From the UHGV virus genome UHGV-1407733: a stretch of 26,153 bases of DNA. The stretch is one strand, 5' to 3'. The notes under the pieces are model-generated. The model saw only the letters and a program-made list of their open reading frames with translations. It was not told the origin of the DNA and did no database searches. Shown here piece by piece: positions 8,101 through 19,730 of this stretch (positions within the stretch are counted from its first letter, which is position 1; each line of letters begins with the position of its first letter). The translations under genes and the position numbers were made by a program. The stretch comes from a virus.

Positions 8101-8424
8101 ATGAAGATGCCAGAAAAACATGACCTGTTAGCCGCCATTCTCGCGGCAAAGGAACAAGGCATCGGGGCAATCCTTGCGTTTGCAATGGCGTACCTTCGCG
8201 GCAGATATAATGGCGGTGCGTTTACAAAAACAGTAATCGACGCAACGATGTGCGCCATTATCGCCTGGTTCATTCGTGACCTTCTCGACTTCGCCGGACT
8301 AAGTAGCAATCTCGCTTATATAACGAGCGTGTTCATCGGCTACATCGGTACTGACTCGATTGGTTCGCTTATCAAACGCTTCGCTGCTAAAAAAGCCGGA
8401 GTAGAAGATGGTGGAAATCAATAA
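8101..8424 (+). CDS. S: Class I holin (lambda S type)
   Basis: 107-aa product essentially identical to recalled lambda S ([39 protein letters not shown]...), including the Met1-Lys2-Met3 dual-start motif. Confidence 0.95.
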   Translation: MKMPEKHDLLAAILAAKEQGIGAILAFAMAYLRGRYNGGAFTKTVIDATMCAIIAWFIRDLLDFAGLSSNLAYITSVFIGYIGTDSIGSLIKRFAAKKAGVEDGGNQ

Positions 8425-8884
8425 TCAACGTAAGGCGTTCCTCGATATGCTGGCGTGGTCAGAGGGAACTGATAACGGACGTCAGAAAACCAGAAATCAT
8501 GGTTATGACGTCATTGTAGGGGGAGAGCTATTCACTGATTACTCCGATCACCCTCGCAAACTTGTCACGCTAAACCCAAAACTCAAATCAACAGCCGCCG
8601 GACGTTACCAGCTTCTTTCCCGTTGGTGGGACGCCTACCGCAAGCAGCTTGGCCTGAAAGACTTCTCCCCCAAAAGTCAGGACGCTGTTGCACTGCAGCA
8701 GATTAAAGAGCGCGGCGCTTTGCCGATGATTGACCGCGGTGATATTCGTCAGGCTATCGACCGTTGCAGCAATATCTGGGCTTCACTGCCGGGCGCTGGT
8801 TATGGTCAGTTCGAGCATAAGGCTGACAGCCTGATTGCAAAATTCAAAGAAGCAGGCGGAACGGTCAGAGAGATTGAGGTATGA
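8408..8884 (+). CDS. R: Endolysin (lambda R lytic transglycosylase)
   Basis: 158-aa product matching recalled lambda R ([53 protein letters not shown]...). Confidence 0.95.
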   Translation: MVEINNQRKAFLDMLAWSEGTDNGRQKTRNHGYDVIVGGELFTDYSDHPRKLVTLNPKLKSTAAGRYQLLSRWWDAYRKQLGLKDFSPKSQDAVALQQIKERGALPMIDRGDIRQAIDRCSNIWASLPGAGYGQFEHKADSLIAKFKEAGGTVREIEV

Positions 8885-9348
8885 ACAGAGTAACCGCGAT
8901 TATCTCCGCTCTGGTTATCTGCATCATCGTCTGCCTGTCATGGGCTGTTAATCATTACCGTGATAACGCCATCGCCTACAAAGAACAGCGAGATAAAAAA
9001 GTCAGTGAGCTGAAGCAGGCGACCGCCACCATTACTGACATGCAGCAGCGCCAGCGTTCTGCTGATGCACTCGATGCTAAATACACGAAGGAGTTAGCTG
9101 ATGCGAAAGCTGAAAATGATGCTCTTCGGCGCAAGCTTGATAATGGTGGTCGGGTGTTCGTCAAAGGAAAATGCCCTGTGCCATCCTCAGACGAAACCTC
9201 CAGCGCCTCCGGCATGGGCAATGATGCCACCGTCGAACTCTCTCCAGTTGCTGGACGAAACGTTCTCGGTATCCGGGACGGAATTATCCGCGACCAAACA
9301 GCACTAAGAACGCTTCAGGAATACATCAGGACGCAATGCCTTCGATGA
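8881..9348 (+). CDS. Rz: Rz inner-membrane spanin subunit
   Basis: N-terminal 90 aa match lambda Rz ([30 protein letters not shown]...); the C-terminal half is divergent but keeps the terminal Cys. Confidence 0.9.
   Translation: MNRVTAIISALVICIIVCLSWAVNHYRDNAIAYKEQRDKKVSELKQATATITDMQQRQRSADALDAKYTKELADAKAENDALRRKLDNGGRVFVKGKCPVPSSDETSSASGMGNDATVELSPVAGRNVLGIRDGIIRDQTALRTLQEYIRTQCLR
9101..9307 (+). CDS. Rz1: Rz1 outer-membrane lipoprotein spanin subunit, embedded in Rz
   Basis: +1-frame ORF inside Rz with signal peptide, lipobox VVGC and a proline-rich stretch PPAPPAW, as in lambda Rz1. Confidence 0.85.
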   Translation: MRKLKMMLFGASLIMVVGCSSKENALCHPQTKPPAPPAWAMMPPSNSLQLLDETFSVSGTELSATKQH

Positions 9349-9521
9349 TAGCGATAATTTTACTCATCATCCTTCACATCTGGCTCTGTAGGCAGGGTGG
9401 TGAACACTTCTGGAGTGAATCCGGATTAAATATCTCATTGCTGATGCTTGATATTGAGCATCTGGCGCGCGGTAAGGGGCTGCGTTGAGATAAGAGCCAG
9501 TCATTACAAATACCAGGATTT

Positions 9522-9547
9522 AGCCTCGCATTTGCGGGGCTTTTTTA
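9522..9547 (+). terminator. Rho-independent terminator after the lysis cassette
   Basis: Hairpin GCCTCGC-ATTT-GCGGGGC (one G-U pair) followed by TTTTTT. Confidence 0.65.
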
Positions 9548-9692
9548 CATCTGCAGTAAACCGCGCATCGCAGCGCGTAACAATCCCGAGTCTTTCAGAA
9601 AGCTGAGCCTGAGAACTGCCGTATATGGTGGCGACCATCTCGGGGCGGCTTTTCTGTGCGAACAGGCTCATCTTTCTAAAAGGTAAGACGCT

Positions 9693-10213
9693 ATGAATAT
9701 CGTTCCACTAAATTACAAAGGCGAACCTATCCGCTTCAATACTGATGGCTGGATTAATGCCACTGATATTGCAAAACGTTTCGGGAAGCGTCTGGATCAC
9801 TGGTTGTCCAACGCTGAAACTCTCGAATACGTTAGAGCTCTGGATGAGGTTTATTCAGGTGAGCCATCGAAAATTCTACATACCGTGATTCCGGGTATGT
9901 AAAAACAAGCAAGGCACGAAAGGACAGGGGCGGCGGAACATGGCTGCATCCAAAGTTATCAGTTGCCTTTGCAAGATGGTGCGATCCGAAATTCTCCGTA
10001 TGGTGCGACCTGCACATTGATAGTCTGCTTCGCGGTGAACTGACTGAGCAGCAGAAATATGAGCAAGCATGTCGCATTCGCGATGACCGGAAATCAAAAG
10101 CCAGCAATGGGGCAAGAGAGATGGCTCGCTGGCGATGGGATAAGCCGGTTATTGAAGCAAATGTCGAGTACTGGCGTGAGCAACTGCAGTTGACTCTCGA
10201 TATCGCGTGCTGA
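9693..10213 (+). CDS. KilA-N domain protein; frame interrupted once
   Basis: N-terminus (FNTDGWINATDIAKRFGKRLDHWL...EYVRAL) and, after a shift near 9900, GTWLHPKLSVAFARWCDPKFSVWCD, the conserved KilA-N core. Confidence 0.6.
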
Positions 10214-10376
10214 TGGCAAACGCAAAACTGCGTTATCGAAAAAAATCAAAGCATTACGAGAACTGAGCAACGGTTATCCATTACAAAGCCTATCTACGGG
10301 TGGGCTTGATAATGGCTTATATCCTACACGGGATAACTTAACTGATATCCCTTTTAACGGATAAACGGAGCCAACA

Positions 10377-10619
10377 ATGGCAGAGATTATTCCCATGACT
10401 GAAGAACAGAAATTCCAGTTAGAGATTTACAAACTGGTCATGAACCAGAACGCAGCCGCAGAAGAAGCATTTCAATTCATTGGCACTGACGAGTTGAAGC
10501 TTGAGCTATTCAAAATTCACTTCCAGTCAGGCGGCGCTAATTCAGATATCACTACCCGCACTATCGAAGCGGTGCGTAAATCGAAGGAAGCGTTATACCT
10601 GTTCACCACCGGAGCATAA
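10377..10619 (+). CDS. Hypothetical protein (80 aa)
   Basis: ORF with upstream GGAG-type RBS, immediately before the small terminase gene; no family recognised. Confidence 0.5.
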   Translation: MAEIIPMTEEQKFQLEIYKLVMNQNAAAEEAFQFIGTDELKLELFKIHFQSGGANSDITTRTIEAVRKSKEALYLFTTGA

Positions 10620-10621
10620 AC

Positions 10622-11063
10622 ATGGCGCGCCCAACAAAGTATCAAGAGGCGTATGCCGAACAGGCACGCAAACTGTGCTTGCTGGGCTACACCGATGCAG
10701 AGCTTGCTGATTTCTTCGAAGTCAGTGAGTCAACTATTAACAAGTGGAAGCTTGATTATCCTGAGTTTTCGGAGTCCATAAAAAAAGGGTAAGGCCGTCG
10801 CTGATGCAGAAGTTAGTGACCGTCTTTATCAACGCGCTATGGGCTTCGTGGCTCCAGACATCGATATTCGTGTTATTGAAAACAGAATTGTCGAAACTCC
10901 GCTTGAGAAGTATTACCCGCCTGATACAACTGCCGCCATCTTCTGGCTTAAGAACCGACAGAAGGATAAATGGCGCGACAAGGTTGATCACGAGCTAACA
11001 GGCAAAGACGGCGGCGCAATTCAGATTGAAACATCACCGATGAGCACTCTGTTCGGAAAATGA
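10622..11063 (+). CDS. Terminase small subunit; frame interrupted in an A7 run
   Basis: N-terminal HTH-like region (MARPTKYQEAYAEQARKLCLLGYTDAELADFF...) runs to a stop just after the A7 run 10780-10786. The continuation KAVADAEVSDRLYQRAMG... is in the next frame (ORF 10839..11063); one A fewer restores a single ORF. Stop overlaps the TerL ATG. Confidence 0.65.
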
Positions 11064-12473
11064 CCTCGATTAATCCTATCTTTGAACCGTTCATTGAGGC
11101 GCATCGCTACAAAGTCGCCAAAGGCGGTCGAGGTAGCGGTAAATCATGGGCAATTGCGAGGCTGCTTGTTGAAGCGGCGCGTCGTCAGCCAGTGCGTATT
11201 CTTTGCGCTCGTGAACTGCAAAACAGTATCAGCGATTCGGTAATCCGGCTGCTTGAAGACACCATCGAGCGTGAAGGATATTCGGCTGAGTTTGAAATTC
11301 AGCGTTCAATGATTCGTCATCTCGGAACGAATGCTGAATTCATGTTCTACGGCATCAAAAACAACCCGACGAAGATTAAATCGCTCGAAGGTATTGATAT
11401 CTGCTGGGTGGAAGAAGCGGAAGCGGTAACGAAGGAATCATGGGATATCCTGATACCAACCATCCGTAAGCCGTTCTCTGAAATATGGGTGAGCTTTAAC
11501 CCGAAGAACATACTCGACGATACCTATCAGCGATTCGTCGTAAATCCTCCTGATGATATTTGCCTGTTGACGGTGAACTACACCGACAACCCGCACTTTC
11601 CTGAAGTTCTCCGTCTGGAGATGGAAGAGTGTAAACGCAGAAATCCGACACTGTATCGTCACATCTGGCTTGGTGAGCCAGTGAGCGCAAGTGATATGGC
11701 AATTATCAAACGTGAATGGCTTGAAGCCGCAACCGATGCGCACAAGAAACTCGGATGGAAAGCGAAAGGCGCTGTTGTCTCTGCGCATGACCCATCAGAT
11801 ACAGGGCCAGATGCTAAAGGTTATGCATCGCGTCACGGTTCGGTAGTTAAGCGCATTGCCGAAGGTCTGCTGATGGACATCAACGAGGGTGCTGACTGGG
11901 CTACTTCGCTGGCGATTGAAGACGGCGCTGACCATTACCTGTGGGATGGTGATGGTGTTGGTGCCGGGCTACGCAGACAGACAACGGAAGCGTTTTCCGG
12001 CAAGAAAATCACCGCCACGATGTTCAAGGCAGCGAATCGCCATTCGATGAAGATGCACCGTATCAACCGGAGCATGGGCTGATGAAGTCGTACAGGGTGA
12101 CAACGTTCGTACTATTGGCGATGTATTCCGCAATAAGCGAGCGCAATTCTATTACGCACTGGCTGACAGGCTGTATCTGACATATCGGGCGGTTGTCCAC
12201 GGTGAGTATGCAGACCCCGACGACATGCTGAGCTTCGACAAAGAAGCGATAGGCGAGAAGATGCTGGAGAAGCTGTTTGCAGAATTGACGCAGATTCAGC
12301 GCAAATTCAATAACAACGGGAAGCTGGAGCTAATGACTAAGGTCGAAATGAAGCAGAAGCTCGGTATTCCATCTCCTAACCTGGCTGATGCGCTGATGAT
12401 GTGTATGCATTGCCCGGAGTCGGCTGCGCAACCCGACTATTCCAGTTACTCAATTCCTTGTGGTGTAGGTTGA
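11060..12473 (+). CDS. Terminase large subunit; frame interrupted near the C-terminus
   Basis: Walker A KGGRGSGKS near the N-terminus and a nuclease-domain-sized C-terminal part. Main ORF ends at 12082 and the conserved C-terminus (ADEVVQGDNVRTIGDVF...SIPCGVG) is in another frame to 12473, with a shift in about 12030-12085. Confidence 0.85.
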
Positions 12474-12474
12474 T

Positions 12475-14671
12475 ATGGCAGAAAAAAAGATGACTGACTG
12501 GCATCGCAAGGTGCTGTGCAACTTTGATAATGCCTGGTCAGCAACGCAGGATATGCGTGAGCAGATTATTGAGGCTCAGCGTTTCGTCCGGGTGTCCGGC
12601 GCACAGTGGGAAGGCAGCACAAACGCTGGTTACTCATTTGATGAAGGCAGGTTTGAGCATTATCCGCGTTTTGAACTGAATAAGATTTCCCGTGAATGTG
12701 ATCGCATCATTGGCGAGTATCGACAGAATCGCATCAGCGTTAAATTCAGGCCGAAGGATGACAAGGCATCGGAAGCTTTAGCCGAAAAAATGAACGGCAA
12801 ATTCCGCGCTGACTATCAGGAAACATCCGGTGGCGAAGCGTGTGATAACGCATTTGATGATGCCGTAACGGGTGGATTCGGTTGTTTCCGCATGTGTGCC
12901 GATTACGAAGATGAAATGGATCCGAGTAACGAGCAGCGCCGCATCAGCCTTCTTCCTGTTTACGACCCAGCGACATGCGTCTTCTTTGATCAGGACAGCA
13001 AGCAATATGACCGCTCTGATGCTATGTGGGCTATGGAAATGTTCTCCATGACGCCTAAAGCGTTCGAGGCTGAATACCCTGATTCCATCGCGGCAAGCCT
13101 TTCTCGTGATGACACTGGCACTCAATATGACTGGTCAACGCCAGATGCCATCTATGTTGGACGTTACTACGAAGTCCGCATAGAGAAGGTGAAGCTCACG
13201 GCGTGGCGCAACCCTGTTAGCGGAGAAACGGCAATCTATGATGAAGATCAATCAAAGATATTGTCGACGAGCTAACCGATGGCGCATTCGAACTGATTGG
13301 TGAGCGAACGGTGAAGAAACGCCGCGTTTATTGCGGCCTTCTGTCTGGCGCTGAATGGCTGGAAGAACCGAAGCGTATTCCGGGCGAACATATTCCACTC
13401 ATCCCGGTATATGGGCGTCGCTCATTTGTTGATAATCAGGAGCGAATCGAAGGCCACGCAGCAAAAGCGATGGATGCACAGCGTCTTGAGAACCTGATGG
13501 TTCCATGATTGCAGATAACGCCACTCAGGCTGGCGGTGATGGCATTCCTATCGTGGATGTTGATTTCATTCCCGGCCCATTAATGAATCACTGGGCAGAG
13601 AGGAATAAGAAAAGACCTGCAGTTCTTCCTATGACCAGCAAGAAGGACAAAAACGGAACAGTCATTTCAGAAGCTCAGGTTGCTGGCTGGACACCTCCGA
13701 CACAAATGCCGCCAGCTCTTGCCGGGCTATTGCAGTACACCGGAACGGCTATTCAGCAAATTACAGGTGCGTCGCAGCTTGAGAACATGCCGAGCAACGT
13801 CGCTACCGATACCGTTGATAGCATCTTTAACCGGATGGACACGCAGTCCTATATCTACATGGACAACATGGCTAAATCCATGCGCCGTGCTGGCGTCGTG
13901 TGGCTTTCTATGGCTCGTGAAGTCTATGGCAGCGATACGCCAATGCGCATCGTTAATGAGGATGGCAGCGATGACGTGGCGCTGATGACTGGTGAAGTGG
14001 TTGACCGTCAGACAGGGCAGGTTATCGCGCTTAACGACCTTTCGCAGGGTAACTATGAAGTGACTGTCGATGTCGGTCAGTCGTTCGCTACTCGCCGTGA
14101 CGCAACGGTTAAGTCGTTACTTTCCATGCTGGCACTTATCCCGCCCGGAACGCCGAAACACGACCTTGTATCGTCGATGATCCTCGACAATATGGACGGC
14201 GAAGGGATGGACGACCTTAAAGAATACAACCGCAATCAGTTGCTTCTGTCTGGAGTTATCAAGCCGAGAACGCCAGAAGAACAGCAGATGGTTGAGCAGG
14301 CGAAACAACAACAGGCCAGTCAGCCAGATCCGGCTATGGTTGCTGCGCAAGGTCAGCTTCTTGCTGGTCAGGCTGAATTGCAGAAAGCGCAGAACGAGCA
14401 GGCAGCCATTCAGGTTAAAGCATTCCAGGCACAGACTGATGCTCAGGTTGCAGCGGCAAATGTTGTGAAAATCCTCGCATCTGCCGATAGCCAGCAGAAA
14501 TCTGATATCCGCGAGGCTCTGAAACTGCTCGGACAGTTCCAGCAACAGCAAGGAGACAATGCCCGTGCTGATGCAGAGCTTGTCCTGAAAAGTCAGGCAC
14601 AGGGCCATGCGCAGCGCATGGACATCAGCAGCATCCTGCAAAAATCAACTCAGCAACAACCACAGCAGTAA
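12475..14671 (+). CDS. Portal protein (P22 gp1 type); frame interrupted twice
   Basis: Three consecutive ORFs (12475..13275, 13311..13508, 13505..14671) together resemble P22 portal, including the C-terminal Gln-rich coiled-coil barrel. Shifts near 13250 and 13500. Confidence 0.9.
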
Positions 14672-14760
14672 TTAACCCATAACGTGCAATGGCTGTCTTT
14701 ATGAGGCCTGGCACCCTATTGCCTTCCGATGGCTGAACATCGAGTAAACAGGGGTAACAA

Positions 14761-15657
14761 ATGGACCAGATGGCAGAAAACACACCAGAAGTTGAAATCG
14801 AAACCGACGCGTCAGAGCAGATTCCTGATGATGTCGAACTGGCTGAAAAAGTCGAAACAGAAGATGGCAGTGAGTCCTCAGGCAATGATGCAGAGGAGGC
14901 TACTGAAACTGATGACGACGAATCAGAACAGGAATTCTACTTTGGTGACGAAAAGCTGGATTCGCCAACCAGCGAAGATGGCGCTGAGCATGGACTGGTA
15001 AAACACCTGCGCAAGACGATTAAAGAGAAAGACCGCGAGCTGAAAGAGCCTGATGCGTCAGTCTCAGAAACCCGTCGAGCAGCAGCCGGTAATCACTCAA
15101 CCACCGCGAATGCCAAAACTGGATGATGAGGACATCGGTTTCGATGAAGAAATCTACCAGCAACGCATGGCTAAGTGGGCAGAGGATAATGGCAAATACC
15201 AGGAGCAAGTACGAGAGCGGAAACGAGAGGAAGAGGCGCGTACCGCAACGCTTCAGCAGAAAGCAGCCAATTACATGCATAGAGTAAAAGCACTGAAAGT
15301 GGCTGGTTACCAGGATGCAGAGCAGGCTGTACGCGAAGATGTTCCTGTTCACATTCAGGACATGATCCTTCTTGAGTCAGAGAAGCCGGAAATCGTTGTT
15401 CTGGCACTCGGTCGCAACGCTGAACTGCGCAAGCAACTGGCAGAAGCTACCAACCCGTAGCAATTGGTCGTCTGCTGGAACGTATCGAATCGAAGGCCAG
15501 AATCATGCCAAAAGCAAAAACCACGGCAGCCACAACCCCGACAGTTAAGGGGAGCAACGGCGCAGTAATCAATAACCTCGACAAACTTCTCGAAAAAGCG
15601 CGCGACACCGGTGATTACACCGAATACCGGGCGGCGAAGAACAAAGCTAAAAAATAA
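14761..15657 (+). CDS. Scaffolding protein; frame interrupted twice
   Basis: Acidic N-terminus, central charged coiled coil and a basic helix-turn-helix C-terminus (GDYTEYRAAKNKAKK) typical of P22-type scaffolds. Pieces in frames 1, 2, 1 with shifts near 15060 and 15455. Confidence 0.7.
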
Positions 15658-15677
15658 TCCATCGGAGCTAAATACCT

Positions 15678-16933
15678 ATGTCTAACCAGTTAACAAAAGA
15701 CCTCGAAATCCTCTTTGAGAGCGTCATTGATAGTTTTGAGGCGTCCAATGTCGTTTCCCGCGAGTGCAGCAAGTTCCGACCGGGCGACATTGAAATGCAG
15801 CGCGCTGGCGACGTTGTTTATCGCCCTCAGGGCTACCACCTGAAAACCGTGAGCGGACTTGATCTGACTTCGGCCACTGCAAACTCACTCGTTCAGCGTC
15901 AGGTGCCTGCTCGCTTCCGCGAGCCAGAGAACGTCATCTACGAACTGGACGCAAAAGAAATGCGCGATCCGTGGCACAAAGAGCAGGCTGGCAAGGCGGC
16001 GGTCGCCAGTTGGCGGCGTGTTGATAACATGATCGTCGATGAGGTGGTCGCTCGCTCCACCAACGTGGTCACCATTAAATCGGCGTCCACCGGTAGCACT
16101 CTCGGCGAAGAACTCTGGAACGCATCGGCTGACGTTGATGCAATGATGCTGTCCATTGGTGTGCCTCAGGGTGGTCAGCGCAAGGCGTTCTACAACCCGT
16201 TCAACTACAAAGACCTGGCTAAGGAGCTTGGCTCTCGCGCATATGCGGTCGGTGCAACTCTGACAGCCTATGAGAAAGCTCAGATTCCACCTGTGGCATC
16301 CTTCGACAGTTTCCGCGTTGATTATGCTGGCGCAATGAAGGCTGGTTCAGCTACCGCTGTAACTCTCGGCGGCGCAGTAAAACACAAAGTTACCGCGATG
16401 GATTCCAACGGCGCGCCTACCGATAACCGCCAGGGTGACATCACCGTATCCACTGCTGGCGTACTGGCTGTCGGCGATGCATTCACTATCGCAGGCGTTA
16501 ACAGTGTCCACATGATCAAGAAGGTGGATACAGGTAAGCCGCAGGTATTCCGCGTCCTGGCAGTAAATGGCACTACCGTTACCATCAGCCCGAAAATTCT
16601 GCCACCAGACAACGCGGATAAGGCGTCTATTCCTTACCAGAACGTTACCGCCAATCCGGTGGCAAACGCGGCGATCACCATCTCAACAAGAAGGCTGCGG
16701 CTTCCAACATCTTCTTCGCTGAGGGTTCTGTTGAGCTGATGTATGGCAAGTTGGCATTCCCTACCGGCCAGGGTCCGCAGGTTATGACCGCAACGACCGA
16801 GCAGGGTGCGACCATCATCATGGCTTACCAATTCGACGCTAAATCTGGCAAAACGTGGACTCGCTTCACCACGCTGGCTGGCGCAAGCGTACTGGTCCCG
16901 GAATTCACCGGCCTGGTATTGGCTAACCAGTAA
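15678..16933 (+). CDS. Major capsid (coat) protein, P22-like; frame interrupted once
   Basis: About 418 codons after scaffold, followed by a strong terminator. The last 65 codons (ORF 16739..16933) are in another frame, with a shift near 16685. Confidence 0.8.
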
Positions 16934-16936
16934 TCC

Positions 16937-16963
16937 AAGGGGCTTCGGCCCCTCTTTTTTTTT
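16937..16963 (+). terminator. Strong rho-independent terminator after the coat gene
   Basis: Hairpin GGGGC-TTCG-GCCCC followed by a T9 run. Confidence 0.8.
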
Positions 16964-16973
16964 GGAGATCGAA

Positions 16974-17162
16974 ATGTCTCAAATCATGCTTTATAAGCCG
17001 GGATCGATGATCACCTGCGGCCCCCACTCGCTGGATTACATCATCGTTGATGACGAAGAAGTTAAATCTCACCTGAAAAAAGGCTGGGTAAAAACTCCTG
17101 AAGAAACCGCAACGAAGCAAAAAGTGGCTAAGGCGGAAGAAGATGGCGAAAACGAAGGGTGA
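16974..17162 (+). CDS. Small hypothetical protein (62 aa)
   Basis: ATG 16974 with RBS GGAG just after the terminator; acidic C-terminus. The track ORF 16806..17162 is an upstream extension of this frame across the terminator. Confidence 0.4.
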   Translation: MSQIMLYKPGSMITCGPHSLDYIIVDDEEVKSHLKKGWVKTPEETATKQKVAKAEEDGENEG

Positions 17163-17604
17163 TCTCGTTCTAAAGGCTTTACGAAAAGCCGGGCTGTATT
17201 CCAATGCCACGTTGACAGATGCTGACCCTCAGGCAATTGAAGATGCCATTAATGACCTCGAAGACATGATGGCAGCATGGCAGGCTAAAGGTATCGAGCT
17301 TGGATATCAGTTTGCTGATACAGAAAACGGCATCATGCCGTTACCTGACGATGATTCAGGTATCCCTGCATGGGCAAATGATGGCGTCGCTTTGAAACTC
17401 GCTGTGCAAGTGTGCATGGATAACGTCATTCAGCCGTCAGACGCTCTCCTTACCGCTGCTGACAGTGCATATCAAACAATCTGTATCGCTTTAACCAAAA
17501 TACCACCACTTGAGCGGCGAAATGATATGCCTCGCGGGGCGGGGTTAAAAAGCGCGTTTACGTGGAATCGGTTTTACATCGAGAAAGATGATCCGAGTAC
17601 GTGA
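17143..17604 (+). CDS. Head-completion / tail accessory factor (P22 gp4-like)
   Basis: 153-aa ORF; N-terminus KTKGDLVLKALRKAGL resembles P22 gp4; first gene after coat as in P22. Confidence 0.7.
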   Translation: MAKTKGDLVLKALRKAGLYSNATLTDADPQAIEDAINDLEDMMAAWQAKGIELGYQFADTENGIMPLPDDDSGIPAWANDGVALKLAVQVCMDNVIQPSDALLTAADSAYQTICIALTKIPPLERRNDMPRGAGLKSAFTWNRFYIEKDDPST

Positions 17605-17613
17605 GGTGAATAA

Positions 17614-19030
17614 ATGCCGATTCAGCAACTTCCGCTTATGAAAGGTGTCGGCAAAGACTTTCGAAACGCCGACTATATCGACTATCTGCCAGTGAATATG
17701 CTGGCTACGCCCAAAGAAATACTCAACAGCAGCGGATATCTTCGCTCATTCCCGGGCATTGCCAAACGCTCTGATGTAAACGGTGTATCGCGCGGAGTTG
17801 AGTACAACATGGCGCAGAATGCTGTTTATCGCGTGTGTGGCGGCAAGCTGTACAAAGGAGAAAGTGAAGTCGGTGATGTTGCCGGAAGTGGTCGTGTATC
17901 AATGGCGCATGGTCGAACATCTCAGGCTGTAGGCGTTAATGGTCAACTGGTTGAGTATCGCTATGATGGCACGGTTAAAACCGTCTCAAACTGGCCTGCA
18001 GACAGCGGATTTACGCAGTATGAGTTAGGTTCAGTCCGCGACATTACACGCTTACGTGGGCGTTATGCGTGGTCAAAAGACGGCACGGATTCATGGTTTA
18101 TTACTGACCTTGAAGACGAATCGCACCCTGACCGATACAGCGCACAATATCGCGCAGAATCGCAGCCTGACGGCATTATCGGCATCGGAACATGGCGAGA
18201 CTTCATTGTCTGCTTTGGTTCATCAACGATTGAATATTTCTCCATGACTGGTGCAACCACTGTTGGTGCCGCTTTGTATGTCGCACAGCCATCGCTGATG
18301 GTGCAGAAAGGTATTGCCGGGACTTACTGCAAAACGCCGTTTGCTGATTCGTATGCGTTCATCAGCAATCCGGCAACAGGCGCGCCTTCTGTATACATCA
18401 TCGGCTCCGGTCAGGTATCACCAATAGCCAGCGCGAGCATTGAGAAAATCCTCCGCTCCTACACTGCTGATGAACTGGCTGATGGCGTGATGGAATCGTT
18501 GCGGTTTGATGCTCATGAGTTGCTGATTATTCACCTGCCGCGCCACGTCCTCGTGTACGACGCATCTTCAAGCGCCAATGTCCGCAATGGTGTGTACTGA
18601 AAACAGGCCTGTATGACGATGTGTACCGCGCTATCGACTTCATTTACGAAGGCAACCAAATTACGTGCGGCGATAAGTTGAATCGATGACAGGGAAATTG
18701 CAGTTCGATATCAGCAGCCAGTACGACAGGCAACAGGAACACCTGCTGTTTACTCCGTTGTTCAAAGCGGATAACGCCAGAGTTTTCGACCTTGAGGTTG
18801 AGTCGTCAACTGGCGTTGCGCAGTATGCTGACCGCCTTTTTCTCTCTGCAACCACTGACGGCATCAATTACGGGCGTGAGCAGATGATTGAGCAGAATGA
18901 ACCGTTCGTTTACGACAAACGTGTTTTGTGGAAGCGAGTAGGGCGCATCAGGAAAAATGTCGGCTTCAAATTGCGCGTTATCACGAAGTCACCTGTCACT
19001 CTGTCTGGTTGCCAGATAAGGATTGAGTAA
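17614..19030 (+). CDS. Head-completion protein (P22 gp10-like); frame interrupted twice
   Basis: About 472 codons in three frames (17614..18600, about 18597..18683, 18686..19030), matching the size of P22 gp10. Confidence 0.7.
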
Positions 19031-19730
19031 TGGCTGATTCGAATCTCAATGAGCCGGTAACAATTCAGGCTACACGACTCGATACATCAATCCTTCCACG
19101 CAATATATTCAGCCAGTCTTACCTGCTGTATGTCATTAATCAGGGGGCTGATGTCGGCGCAATTGCCGGGAAGGCAAATCAGGCTGGTCAGGGCGCTTAC
19201 GATGCCCAGGTAAAAAACGATGAACAGGATGTCGAACTGGCTGATCACGACGCAAGAATCACCGCAAACACAAAAGCGATAAATCTACTTGAGGTCAGGT
19301 TAACAACTGCCGAAGGGAAGATAGTCGTACTGCGTAGCATGTTGATTACTTGCTGGATGAGGTTATCGATATTCAGGCGCATCTGGTCACTGTTGACCAA
19401 AGACTGGATGACGTAGAAAACGATGTCTCTGGCATTAAGAGTGATTACGTATCGAAAACCGTAACCGAATTGCAGTCTCTTGCGTCACCGCTGGATGTAA
19501 AAACATCATATTCAGTTGATGGAATTCAGGTCGTTGGAGCAAGGCAGAGCGGATGGACTGCAGCCACAGGTACGCCACTTCTTGGTTCATTCAACGCTAA
19601 CCAGTCATACACGGTCGGCACTACGTACACACAATCCGAAGTCGCAGCTCTCGCTACAGGTTTGGAGCAGGCGCGGCAGCGTATTCTGGCGCTTGAAACA
19701 GCACTTAGATTACATGGGCTGATTGACTGA
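19030..19730 (+). CDS. Tail needle / plug protein (P22 gp26-like); frame interrupted once
   Basis: About 233 codons with heptad coiled-coil and a C-terminus ending [20 protein letters not shown]. Two ORFs (19030..19416, 19350..19730) overlap around a shift near 19350. Confidence 0.75.

Noticed and set aside
9345-9670. Small ORFs in the gap after Rz: forward 47-codon ORF from ATG 9345 and a reverse-strand 57-codon ORF at about 9500-9670.
   Set aside because: Neither has a convincing RBS, both overlap the 9522-9547 terminator hairpin, and neither is long enough to support without homology.
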